Assembly (NCBI GenBank): GCA_003141235.1
Contig: PLLL01000092.1
Span: 1,891-65,890 of the forward strand
DNA: 64,000 nt
Source of the DNA: Dehalococcoidia bacterium
GTDB taxonomy: Bacteria > Chloroflexota > Dehalococcoidia > Dehalococcoidales > RBG-16-60-22
Direction of reading: 5' to 3'
Under the pieces are notes generated by a model. It saw nothing but the letters and a program-made list of their open reading frames with translations. It had not been told where the DNA came from and made no database searches. Below, piece after piece: positions 10,033-18,612 of this stretch; the first letter of the stretch is position 1, and each line of letters begins with the position of its first letter. The position numbers and the translations under genes were made by a program.

Positions 10033-10887
10033 TTAAGTAGTAACTGGTGGAACGATTGGTAAATTAAGGCTGACAATTTTGGCATCAATAACATGGCATA
10101 TATTTGGAGGAATAGATTTCCGATTTAAAAAATCTGATAATAATCGTTTTTCATCATAATAAGCAAAACAATCCGCACTACCTTTTAAATAAGCAGAAAG
10201 GTATTCTATTCTTGGAGGAACACCCTTCGCTAGTGAAAATTGATAAACATATTTAAGGTGGTCTTTAAGATATTTTACTGCGGGGATATAATCAGCATCG
10301 CCACTTATAAGAATAGCTACATCGTAATTATCCATTTTTGAAATCATATCTACTGCGATACCGATATCTACACCTTTTTCTCCTTGTTGGAGCCCTAAAT
10401 AACTTATTTTCCCATGTGAATCAACTTCAATTCTAAATACTCGATACGGATGGATGACATATTGACCAACATACTTAAATTCAAGGAAGCCTGTTTCCCG
10501 TTGAATGTCCTCGAAAGTTCGCTCTCTTAATTTTTGAAAGTAATTCCGTTCTTGTTCATGCCAGTTTTTTGCTAGTTGAGTCACTTGAGGTACTGTTAGA
10601 GCTATTTTACCTTTATATTCATCAACAATTTTTTGAGCAAGTTTAGGATTTTCAATCCAAGGAGAGATTGAAGCAGAGTAATACCAGTATACACGGATTA
10701 ATTGGTGTTGCCAATGAGTTATCTTGTCGAATTCTTCAAGAACACACTGAAAAAATTTCTTCCAAAGAAAATGTTGTTCTTCAAGACGATATTCGCCCTT
10801 TGCAGGGTCTGACACAAATGCGAAATGACGAAGATTATTGCGGAAATTTTCGCCGTCAATAAAGATTACTGTTTTTAATGATGCCAT
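10033..10887 (-). CDS. NYN (LabA/DUF88, PIN-like) domain nuclease
   Basis: IFIDGENF, EKGVDIGIAVDM, ISGDADYIPAV acidic motifs. Confidence 0.85.
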   Translation of the reverse strand: MASLKTVIFIDGENFRNNLRHFAFVSDPAKGEYRLEEQHFLWKKFFQCVLEEFDKITHWQHQLIRVYWYYSASISPWIENPKLAQKIVDEYKGKIALTVPQVTQLAKNWHEQERNYFQKLRERTFEDIQRETGFLEFKYVGQYVIHPYRVFRIEVDSHGKISYLGLQQGEKGVDIGIAVDMISKMDNYDVAILISGDADYIPAVKYLKDHLKYVYQFSLAKGVPPRIEYLSAYLKGSADCFAYYDEKRLLSDFLNRKSIPPNICHVIDAKIVSLNLPIVPPVTT

Positions 10888-11010
10888 AAAATTTTATGGG
10901 GGTTCCACAGGAACCCCCAGTCTCCCATAATGGGAATACTTCCAATTGGCTAAATATCTTAGCCGGTTAGATAATATACGTTAAAAGTATCTTTTGTCAA
11001 TACCCCCTTA

Positions 11011-11115
11011 CTAAATTCCTATCCTTAACAAATCAATAATTTCTTCAAATGTCCAAATATGATTAGCTATTCCAGATGCCATAGCTGGTGTTCTAGGATA
11101 GGGGTTAGCTAGTGT
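11011..11115 (-). pseudogene. C-terminal fragment of IS1-like transposase
   Basis: Translates TLANPYPRTPAMASGIANHIWTFEEIIDLLRIGI*, matching the tail of the 61905-62741 transposase (TLANPYPRTPAMASGITNRIWSVEDIVKLAK). Confidence 0.9.
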
Positions 11116-11167
11116 CCAACAATGTTTTTCCTTGACCTTTAAAGCTAAACTGTGCTAAATTATATAC

Positions 11168-11797
11168 GTGGATATTACCTGGTTGGGGCTTGCCTGCTTC
11201 CGTATCCGGGGCAATCAGGCCGTCGTTATTACGGACCCTTTCCCGCCGGACTCGGGCTATACCCTCGGCAAACAGACCGCGGACATCGTCACGGTCAGCC
11301 ATCAGCACCCCTCGCACTCTTATGTCCAGGGCGTCAGCGGGGCGCGCATAGTCAAAGGCCCCGGCGAATACGAAATCAGCAGCGTGCTGATTATCGGGTT
11401 GACCGCTTATCATGACGCCGTGAAGGGGCAGTCACGCGGTAAGAACACCGTTTATCTCATGGAAATCGACGGCGTGACGATCTGCCACCTCGGCGATATC
11501 GGGCACGTTATCGACGACAAATTGCTGGAAGAAATAGGTAAAATCGATATTCTGATGCTGCCGGTAGGTGGGGTCACCTCGATTACCCCCGCTATGGCCG
11601 CCGAGACCATCCGCAAGATGGAGCCGAAGATAGTGCTCCCCATGCATTATAAAACGCCCGCCACCAGCCGCGAGCTGGAACCGGTGGAAAGTTTCCTCAA
11701 AGAGATGGGACAGAGCACGATAGAACCGAAACCCAAGCTCAACATCAATAAAAACAACCTGCCGCTCACCATGCAGGTCGTCATCCTCAGCATCTAA
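11168..11797 (+). CDS. MBL-fold metallo-hydrolase (Lactamase_B_3-like)
   Basis: ITWLGLACF, VSHQHPSH, HLGDIG, PVGG, PMHY. Confidence 0.85.
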   Translation: MDITWLGLACFRIRGNQAVVITDPFPPDSGYTLGKQTADIVTVSHQHPSHSYVQGVSGARIVKGPGEYEISSVLIIGLTAYHDAVKGQSRGKNTVYLMEIDGVTICHLGDIGHVIDDKLLEEIGKIDILMLPVGGVTSITPAMAAETIRKMEPKIVLPMHYKTPATSRELEPVESFLKEMGQSTIEPKPKLNINKNNLPLTMQVVILSI

Positions 11798-11825
11798 CAT
11801 CTTTTCTATTTTAGCTAACGGATAG

Positions 11826-12161
11826 CTAACGCCTGAAAGCCGATTTAATTATCGCCCATCTTTCCTTTAATGATAGCGAATGGTGGGATTTGCTATCTTT
11901 TTCTTCGGGTACCTGACCAGGCTTAGTGGCCAGCAGACTTGGGTCGAGCCGATTGATCTGAGTGATTACCTCATGGAGTTGGGATGCGAGGTCGCTAACC
12001 TTCTGCAAATGCGGAGCGACCTCTGCGCTAATATTCCCGCGAGTCTTGGTGAGATTGTCGGCGTTTTTAGCGAGAGGGGCGAGTAAGTCATCTAAAGTGA
12101 GTTTGACGTCATATCGCTTCACCGGAATCATAATAATTTTGGAAGTATCTTTTGTGTCCAT
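11826..12161 (-). CDS. Hypothetical helical protein
   Basis: 111-aa ORF with GGAG RBS, tightly downstream of the 12174 gene. Confidence 0.55.
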   Translation of the reverse strand: MDTKDTSKIIMIPVKRYDVKLTLDDLLAPLAKNADNLTKTRGNISAEVAPHLQKVSDLASQLHEVITQINRLDPSLLATKPGQVPEEKDSKSHHSLSLKERWAIIKSAFRR

Positions 12162-12173
12162 CTGCGCTCTCCT

Positions 12174-13052
12174 TTAGGCAACATTGAACGAAGGTATCGT
12201 CATGGTATTTATTCCAATATCGGACAGTTTGAGATTCAAGACATCATACGGAAGAGTTACGTTATGAAGCGCGACATTTCCGACTGTGGCGCTCGCGTTG
12301 GCATTAGTGATTTCCAAGTGACTGATATGCATAAGCGCCGACGGGGTCAAGTGTACATACAGACTCAGGATGCCAGCGTCGAAGCCGGGACTCTGCGTTG
12401 GCAATATAGCAGGAATATTGAGCGGGGCTGAGCTGCTTACGCTAGGTATTTGCGCAGCCGCCATATTCAGATTACCTAGCGAGAAAGCCGGGATTTGCAC
12501 AGAAGCGCCATGTAGATGGCCGATTGTTGCCTGATCCATCTTCGCAGCAGGAACGCCAAGGCCGCTGCCATTGACTGAGGCGAGCGCCATACCGGCGAGT
12601 GAAAATCCTTGCGAGGGCAATGTAAAATTAGTCGCATTGATATTATCTGCGATCGCATTATTTAATTGTATGGTCACGGGACTGCTAGGCGCTATGGATA
12701 TTTGTTGAGCGGTCAGACTCGGAATATGTAGATGGATGTTGTTGAGTCCCGGTATCACAACGTTGCCCAGGTTAATCGGCCCGAAGCCAATCGAGCCGAG
12801 ATCATACGTGTCTCCGAAGCTAATGTCATCGAATGGCCATGGAAGCCCGATAAAAACGCTCCACTCAACCGAAATATGAATAGAAATACTAATACTTGCG
12901 TCAGTTAACACACCATTGGCAGCCGATATAGTGAAGTCAGCGTTGCTGAGCACCAGATTGCCAACGGTTATAGGTCCAATCACGACCTGTCCGATATCAA
13001 TGGTTTGGATGCTTGCCTGCTGGACATTCAGTGCAGGAGCTTTTAATTTCAT
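12174..13052 (-). CDS. Hypothetical beta-rich, low-charge protein
   Basis: Start placed at MKLKAP (AGGAGG RBS); rich in Ile/Asn/Ser/Pro/Gly. Confidence 0.65.
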   Translation of the reverse strand: MKLKAPALNVQQASIQTIDIGQVVIGPITVGNLVLSNADFTISAANGVLTDASISISIHISVEWSVFIGLPWPFDDISFGDTYDLGSIGFGPINLGNVVIPGLNNIHLHIPSLTAQQISIAPSSPVTIQLNNAIADNINATNFTLPSQGFSLAGMALASVNGSGLGVPAAKMDQATIGHLHGASVQIPAFSLGNLNMAAAQIPSVSSSAPLNIPAILPTQSPGFDAGILSLYVHLTPSALMHISHLEITNANASATVGNVALHNVTLPYDVLNLKLSDIGINTMTIPSFNVA

Positions 13053-13485
13053 ATAGTATAACCTCCTTTTTAAAAGACACACTATCCCGCTCAGCACCTA
13101 GCCGCGCGCGCTTTGTCTCACGTATTTAGTGATTAGTAATATGACACCAGTTCTTCCCGCTATAATCTTCTGTCTACCTCATCTAATCGATACACCAAAT
13201 TGTGCTAAATGTCCCATATATATAGCATGTATTGTGCTTTATGTCAATATAATATGTAAAATATTTTCATATATTTTTGATGATTATACATAATACAACT
13301 TATGGCCAGTATAAGACCACACAGAGACAGGAAGACAGTTATTGTGCATGTAATGATATTTCATCATGTGTGAGAAATACTACGGTTAAAAATGACCTGC
13401 CTCCGCAGGAATTACAGGTAGTTATCTCAGCATATAGAGCGTCTTTAAGAGCTTTCAGACGTCAGCTATCAGCCCTCCCCCAGCT

Positions 13486-13525
13486 GAGATTCTTCCCCTT
13501 CACTACGTTCGAGGGTCAGAATGAC
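13486..13525 (+). repeat. REP-like intergenic palindrome
   Basis: GAGATTCTTCCCCTTC..GAGGGTCAGAATGAC. Confidence 0.6.
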
Positions 13526-13730
13526 AGGTCTTTTCAATCCCGGCTCAGGAAATCCAGCAGCAAACTATTCAAGGCCTCACTGTGAAGACTATCGATGCCC
13601 GCCAGGCTGTTTTCAGTCATTTGTAACGCCAATTTGCGCCGCCTCCAGCCGGATGAATATGATATAATTTGCCGGGAATATTCTATGACATCCTGCGCAA
13701 ATCATCACGAGAGTGTATAAGAGGTGAAAC

Positions 13731-14066
13731 ATGACAGCTAAAGTTATCCTGATACAATCCGAGGGGCTGGGCAGGGGCGACGACGCGCTGGGCGGGATGC
13801 TCATGGCCAATTTCCTGCGCGTACTCGGAGGGAACCCGGACAAGCCGCAGACCATCGTGTTCTGGAACGGCGGCGTGCGCTTATTATGCGAAGGCTCCGA
13901 GGTGCTGGAACACATCAAAAAACTGGAGGGGCAGGGAGTCGAGATACTGGGCTGCACCACCTGCCTGGAATATTTCGACCTGGCGGACAAGCTGAAAGCG
14001 GGCAAGCCGACCACGATGGTTAAGTCGGTGCAGGCGATGATGGATGCGGACATGGTCTGCCTGTGA
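13731..14066 (+). CDS. DsrE/YedF-like sulfurtransferase-like selenium metabolism protein
   Basis: GLGRGD..LG..LM, FWNGGVRL, CTTCLEYF; adjacent to selD. Confidence 0.8.
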   Translation: MTAKVILIQSEGLGRGDDALGGMLMANFLRVLGGNPDKPQTIVFWNGGVRLLCEGSEVLEHIKKLEGQGVEILGCTTCLEYFDLADKLKAGKPTTMVKSVQAMMDADMVCL

Positions 14067-14127
14067 AATTTGCCGCCTTTATTTTACGGTGTTACTCAAC
14101 GAGTAGTAGAATATAGCCGGGAGAAAA

Positions 14128-15177
14128 ATGAGCAAAGAAAAGAAATTGCGCCTTACCGAGACAGTTCACGGCGCGGGTTGAGCTTGCAAGATAGGTCCGG
14201 GTGACCTCTCCAAAGCGCTGGCCGGCCTGAAATTCCAGTCCGACCCGCATATCATCGCGGGCATGGAACGGGCCGAGGATGCCGGCATCTATAAGCTCAA
14301 CGCTGACCTGGCCATCGTCCAGACGGTGGACTTCTTTACGCCGATAGTCGACGACCCGTTCGACTTCGGGCGCATCGCTGCGGCCAACGCGCTGAGCGAT
14401 GTCTACGCTATGGGCGGCAAACCCCTGACGGCGCTCAATGTCGTCTGCTTCCCTAAAGACACCATGGATTTCAGCATATTGAGAGAGGTCCTCAAGGGCG
14501 GCCTGGACATGATGCATGAGGCGGGGGTGATTCTGCTCGGCGGGCATACCGTAGACGACCCGGAGCTCAAGTACGGACTCGCGGTTACCGGCACCATCCA
14601 CCCGGATAAAGTGGTGCATAACCACGGCGCCAAACCGGGCGACCGCCTTATTTTAACCAAGCCGCTGGGCACGGGCATCATCAGCACGGCCATCAAGCGC
14701 GGCGCGGCCAGTCCAGAAGCTATCGCCGCCATTGTTAAATCTATGACGACGCTTAATAAAGCGGCTTCCGAGGCAATGCTGGCGGTGGGCGTGAACGCCT
14801 GCAAGGACATTACCGGCTTCGGCCTGCTCGGCCATACTGCCGAAATGGTTGAAGGGACGGATGTCGGCTTTATCATCGAGGCGGCAGCCGTGCCCATTTT
14901 CCCCGCGGCTAAAGCGCTGGCGGAAGCGGGCATGGTCCCCGGCGGCACACAGCGCAACCGGGATTACCGCCAGGACATGGTTGATATAGACAAAAAAGTG
15001 CCGCAATACCTGCAGGACATTCTTTTTGACCCGCAGACCTCCGGCGGCCTGCTGATAGCCGTACCGGCGAAGAAAGCGCAAAAACTCCTTAAAAGGCTGC
15101 ATGAAGAAGGCATTACTGCGGCGGCTATCATCGGGGAGGTGGTGGCGGAGAAAAAGGGGAGGATAAGGGTGGGGTAG
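14128..15177 (+). CDS. selD: Selenide, water dikinase SelD, selenoprotein form (Sec18, UGA at 14179)
   Basis: ATG 14128 gives MSKEKKLRLTETVHGAG-UGA-ACKIGPGDL, in frame with the 14263 ORF (QTVDFFTP, DITGFGLLGH, DPQTSGGLL). Confidence 0.93.
14182..14217 (+). promoter_or_regulatory. Candidate bacterial SECIS hairpin
   Basis: AGGTC-CGGGT-GACCT stem-loop (14193-14207) with a G-containing loop just 3' of the UGA, plus a weaker lower stem GCTTG/CAAAGC. Confidence 0.65.
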
Positions 15178-15279
15178 AGGGGAAAGGCAAAAATACTAAT
15201 TAATTTCACTTAATATTTAATGATACAAAAAACCTGCCTTTTTACAGGTTCTCTATTGTTCTATTATTCTTTTATTGAA

Positions 15280-15897
15280 TTAATTTTTTACTATTTCTAA
15301 GTTTTCTTCTTTCTCTATTGTTGGAAGTCCAATCCTACTTATATAGTATGCAAACCTTTGTGATAGCGCTTCCCTAAAAAGCTCATTTATAGATGCAATA
15401 TAGTGGTCTTTTCGCGATGAATACAAATAGCTTCTTGGTATTGAAAAATAATGTTTAAAATCTATCGTTAGTTCTGGTACTTGCAAGTCAATGTCAGCTA
15501 AAAGATAATGGTATCTTTCGTTCTTGTTATCCAGAATTATACCCCACCTTGCATGGTCGTATTTCTCCATCGTAAGATTAAATCCAGTGCCATTTAGATG
15601 CGTTCCTAACCGCAAATTATCTGCCAGATACGCCGGACACACCAATATTGAATTCAAGAATTTATCCTGAGTTTTTTGCTCTTCAGATTTTTGATTTCGG
15701 TTTCTATAATCACTTTCTAAATCACAATCTTGACTTATAACTATCAAATAAGAAAGAGTTATCGTATCTTTCGCTAATGTACCATTTTTATCCTTATAAA
15801 TTCTATAATCATATTCTAAGTCACGAAAGATGTCACCCTGACAGATTCTGTCTTCATCGTTATTAACTTTATATCTTGAATCAATCTTTGATTTCAT
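15280..15897 (-). CDS. Hypothetical protein (QGDIF...SQDCDL motif)
   Basis: 205-aa ORF in a very AT-rich islet, third gene of the TIGR04255 module. Confidence 0.7.
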   Translation of the reverse strand: MKSKIDSRYKVNNDEDRICQGDIFRDLEYDYRIYKDKNGTLAKDTITLSYLIVISQDCDLESDYRNRNQKSEEQKTQDKFLNSILVCPAYLADNLRLGTHLNGTGFNLTMEKYDHARWGIILDNKNERYHYLLADIDLQVPELTIDFKHYFSIPRSYLYSSRKDHYIASINELFREALSQRFAYYISRIGLPTIEKEENLEIVKN

Positions 15898-16060
15898 AAT
15901 GAATAGTTTGTATTTTAATCAGGCTTTTTTTATAAGCGTCAGTAGAAATTGAAAAATCCTTTATTTTTTTGTTTTCTTTTGTTATTTTTCTACTATGAAC
16001 ATCTTTTTGAAAATATTCTTTATTACCCGTTGAATCTGTTGAAAAGTAGTTTTTATTCAT
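15881..16060 (-). CDS. Small 59-aa basic ORF overlapping both neighbours (not in ORF track)
   Basis: MNKNYFSTDSTGNKEYFQKDVHSRKITKENKKIKDFSISTDAYKKSLIKIQTIHYEIKD*; the start overlaps the TIGR04255 stop and the end overlaps the next start. Confidence 0.45.
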   Translation of the reverse strand: MNKNYFSTDSTGNKEYFQKDVHSRKITKENKKIKDFSISTDAYKKSLIKIQTIHYEIKD

Positions 16061-16814
16061 TTTTCACCTTTCCCATAATTTCTCTCAACGATTCTCCTAT
16101 ACTTCTTTCAAACCATGAACTTATAATAGTATTAAATTCCCTTGCTTTATCATAAATCTCGTTTATCTCAATATCTTCTTTTAGAGAACAATCATAGTCC
16201 AGAACAAATTCCTTCCTTGCGATCGAATTCGGATATTCACTATTATACAATCCGAATTGAAACTTTAAATCGTATCCTTCACCCTTTACTTCTAACATGT
16301 GCATTGATTTCTTGATATTTTGTTTATTCTCTATAAAACTACTTTCTATTTGCACTAAGTCATCATTAATGAGATTTTTCCAGTCAAACGGATTCCCCTT
16401 ATCAATCTTTATTTCATTAATATATCGTAATCCAATCCTATTTGAGATTTTTACAACATTATAAAGAGTGAAGAATTTCCTTAATACTTTCTCATATCCT
16501 TCGGAATAATCATTGAAATCTTTGTACTTTAAATACTCAATAGTTACTGAGTTCTGATCTACTTCTACAACCTTTGTTTTTCCCTTATCGGAAAAAGCCC
16601 ACTTCACTACCTCAGTTTCAGAAAGCCTAGCCGGTTCATCTTTATCTATCTTGAATTCTAAGAATTTTCCACTGATAGTTTCTAAATTGGGGAATTCTTC
16701 TTTGATTTCATCTTGTAACTTTACTGGTGGATTAGCTTTATCCAAACTTAATATTGGAGGGAAATCCACTTTAAAGACTACATGAGATAAAAAATTCGAA
16801 ATGTATTTACTCAT
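16053..16814 (-). CDS. TIGR04255-family protein
   Basis: LSHVVFKVDF, Y..F..Y, RIGLRYINEI, FVLDYD motifs. Confidence 0.8.
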   Translation of the reverse strand: MSKYISNFLSHVVFKVDFPPILSLDKANPPVKLQDEIKEEFPNLETISGKFLEFKIDKDEPARLSETEVVKWAFSDKGKTKVVEVDQNSVTIEYLKYKDFNDYSEGYEKVLRKFFTLYNVVKISNRIGLRYINEIKIDKGNPFDWKNLINDDLVQIESSFIENKQNIKKSMHMLEVKGEGYDLKFQFGLYNSEYPNSIARKEFVLDYDCSLKEDIEINEIYDKAREFNTIISSWFERSIGESLREIMGKVKNE

Positions 16815-17063
16815 AAATAATTTCTCTTTATAACCCTTAAGAATTATAATATTTCTACTCTTTATTCTATCATCTTGTCAAGTGAATTCAAAAATAAATT
16901 TTATATTGTTAGTATATAATGCTAACATTTTTGCTAACGGACTTTTCACAACCATAAATACGGGTCCGGCGCTTCATTAAAACCCCTCCCAAACCTCCCA
17001 GAATCAAAAAATAAGCACTTCTCAGGCGTAACAGATGAAATCCTATGGTATCGGGTAAATTGC

Positions 17064-17411
17064 TTACTGCCGCACCTCAGCCGACACCCGGTTTAAAAGT
17101 TCCTGTTCATCATTAACGCCGCGCACGTCGAGGTTGGTCTTACGGAAAGCCCGCACCATCGCCTCAATGAGCTTCGTCTTTGAAAGCTTCTTGCCCCCGC
17201 TGAACTTGGCCGTCGAAGCCAGGTTTTCCAGGTAAGCGTCCTCTTCCCGGTTGAGAAAGACAGACAGCTTAATCATATTCGATTTCGGCAAAACGGGAGT
17301 CGCCGGGACGGCCGGCTTTGGTTCGGGAGTCACCACCGGGCGGTCGCTGCCGGTAAGGCGGTCCAGCGCAGACCCGTAAGCAAGCTCCTCGGTTATTTTA
17401 GCTCTTTTCAT
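17064..17411 (-). CDS. Small ParA-partner protein with possible ribbon-helix-helix C-terminus
   Basis: Start MKRAK overlaps the parA 3' end; Pro-rich linker, then KLSVFL..EE..YL..L..SKTKLIEAMV. Confidence 0.6.
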   Translation of the reverse strand: MKRAKITEELAYGSALDRLTGSDRPVVTPEPKPAVPATPVLPKSNMIKLSVFLNREEDAYLENLASTAKFSGGKKLSKTKLIEAMVRAFRKTNLDVRGVNDEQELLNRVSAEVRQ

Positions 17412-18183
17412 GCAGCACCTCTTCAGTAAATAATCGGTAGGCGTCGGCCCCTTCGGATTTGGGGGCATAGGTGAGTATGGATTCCCCGGCGGCCGGGGCT
17501 TCTTTAAAGCGCACGCTGATGGGGATGGTCGTCTCGAAAACCCTGATTTTATCGCCGAAAGCCCGCTTGGTAACCTCGATAACTTCGCGGCTGTGCAGGG
17601 TGCGGGAGTTGGTCATGGTAAACAGGATACCCAGAATCTCCAGAGAAGGATTGATTTTCTCCTGCACGCGGATGACGGTGTTTAAAAGCATGGCCAGTCC
17701 CTTCATCGCCAGGAAATCGGCCTGTAAAGGTATGAGGACGCTATCGGAAGCGGAAAGCGCGTTGATGGTCAGCAGCCCCAGGCTGGGCAGGCAGTCGATG
17801 AGGACATAATCGTACTCTTTCCGTACCGTCTTGAGCATTTCCTTCAGCATCAGCTCGCGGGTAAAAGCGTTGACCAGGTCAAGCTGCGCCTGTGAAAGCT
17901 CGACGTTGGCCGGGACGAGGTCGATGCCGGGGATGCCGGTGGGGATAATGGCATCGCGCATGGAGACCTTGCCGCTGTTCCTGATGACACTCGTTAAAAC
18001 ATCGTAGCCCGTAACCTTGAGCGTCTCCGGATTTATCCCCAGGCTGATAGTAAGGCTGGCCTGCGGGTCCCAGTCCAACAGGAGCACGCGCTTCTTGTGC
18101 TCGCTCAAGCCATGGGCGAGGGCCACGGCGGTAGTCGTCTTGCCGACGCCGCCTTTTTGATTAGCGATACAAATAACCGGCAT
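17398..18183 (-). CDS. parA: ParA/Soj-family ATPase
   Basis: Deviant Walker A NQKGGVGKTTT, DPQASLT, IDCLPSLG. Confidence 0.9.
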   Translation of the reverse strand: MPVICIANQKGGVGKTTTAVALAHGLSEHKKRVLLLDWDPQASLTISLGINPETLKVTGYDVLTSVIRNSGKVSMRDAIIPTGIPGIDLVPANVELSQAQLDLVNAFTRELMLKEMLKTVRKEYDYVLIDCLPSLGLLTINALSASDSVLIPLQADFLAMKGLAMLLNTVIRVQEKINPSLEILGILFTMTNSRTLHSREVIEVTKRAFGDKIRVFETTIPISVRFKEAPAAGESILTYAPKSEGADAYRLFTEEVLHEKS

Positions 18184-18347
18184 GGTTGAAACTCCCGAAC
18201 GATTATAGAGGAATTGCGTAACTGCGTCAATTTTATATAGAGGGTATAGGGTAGAGGGAGAAAAAATGGGGGAAAGGAAAAAGGGACGAGGCAGCGGGCT
18301 GGATACCGGCTTTCGCCGGTATGGTTTTCACTATTACCCCCCGCCCT

Positions 18348-18375
18348 GAGATGCTTCGCTTCGCTCCAGCATGAC
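18348..18375 (+). repeat. REP-like intergenic palindrome
   Basis: GAGATGCTTCGCTTCGCTCCAGCATGAC; another hairpin ATACCGGC-TTTC-GCCGGTAT lies at about 18303-18322. Confidence 0.55.
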
Positions 18376-18612
18376 AAGATGAGTAAGGGGAGAGGAAACC
18401 GGAAGGGCGGTTATTACCTCACCCTAAAACGGAACGCAGGAGAAATCGTGTGCTATTTTGTTTGGAGAGGGGGGATTATTGTTAAGAGGGGTGCAGTGAC
18501 CTGCCCCTTTGAAATAGGGGGGCATACGGGAATTTTGCTCTTGCATTCCTTGCCAAAGTAGGCACAAACCTTTATACTGTTCCCAATCCATTAAAACACA
18601 GGAGGTCCAGCC

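Larger units (their letters stand above)
9912..11116. mobile_element. Truncated IS1-like cargo element (one end, NYN gene, transposase 3' remnant)
   Basis: End motif GGTAGTGTATCAATTTGA at 9912; AT-rich; transposase tail at 11011-11115; no partner end seen. Confidence 0.75.

Noticed and set aside
13277..13585. 102-aa plus-strand ORF
   Set aside because: TTG start, no RBS, runs through a REP-like palindrome; probably spurious.
14263..15177. ORF-track start for selD, or selD as a pseudogene
   Set aside because: The upstream in-frame sequence supplies the catalytic motif through a UGA with a SECIS-like hairpin.
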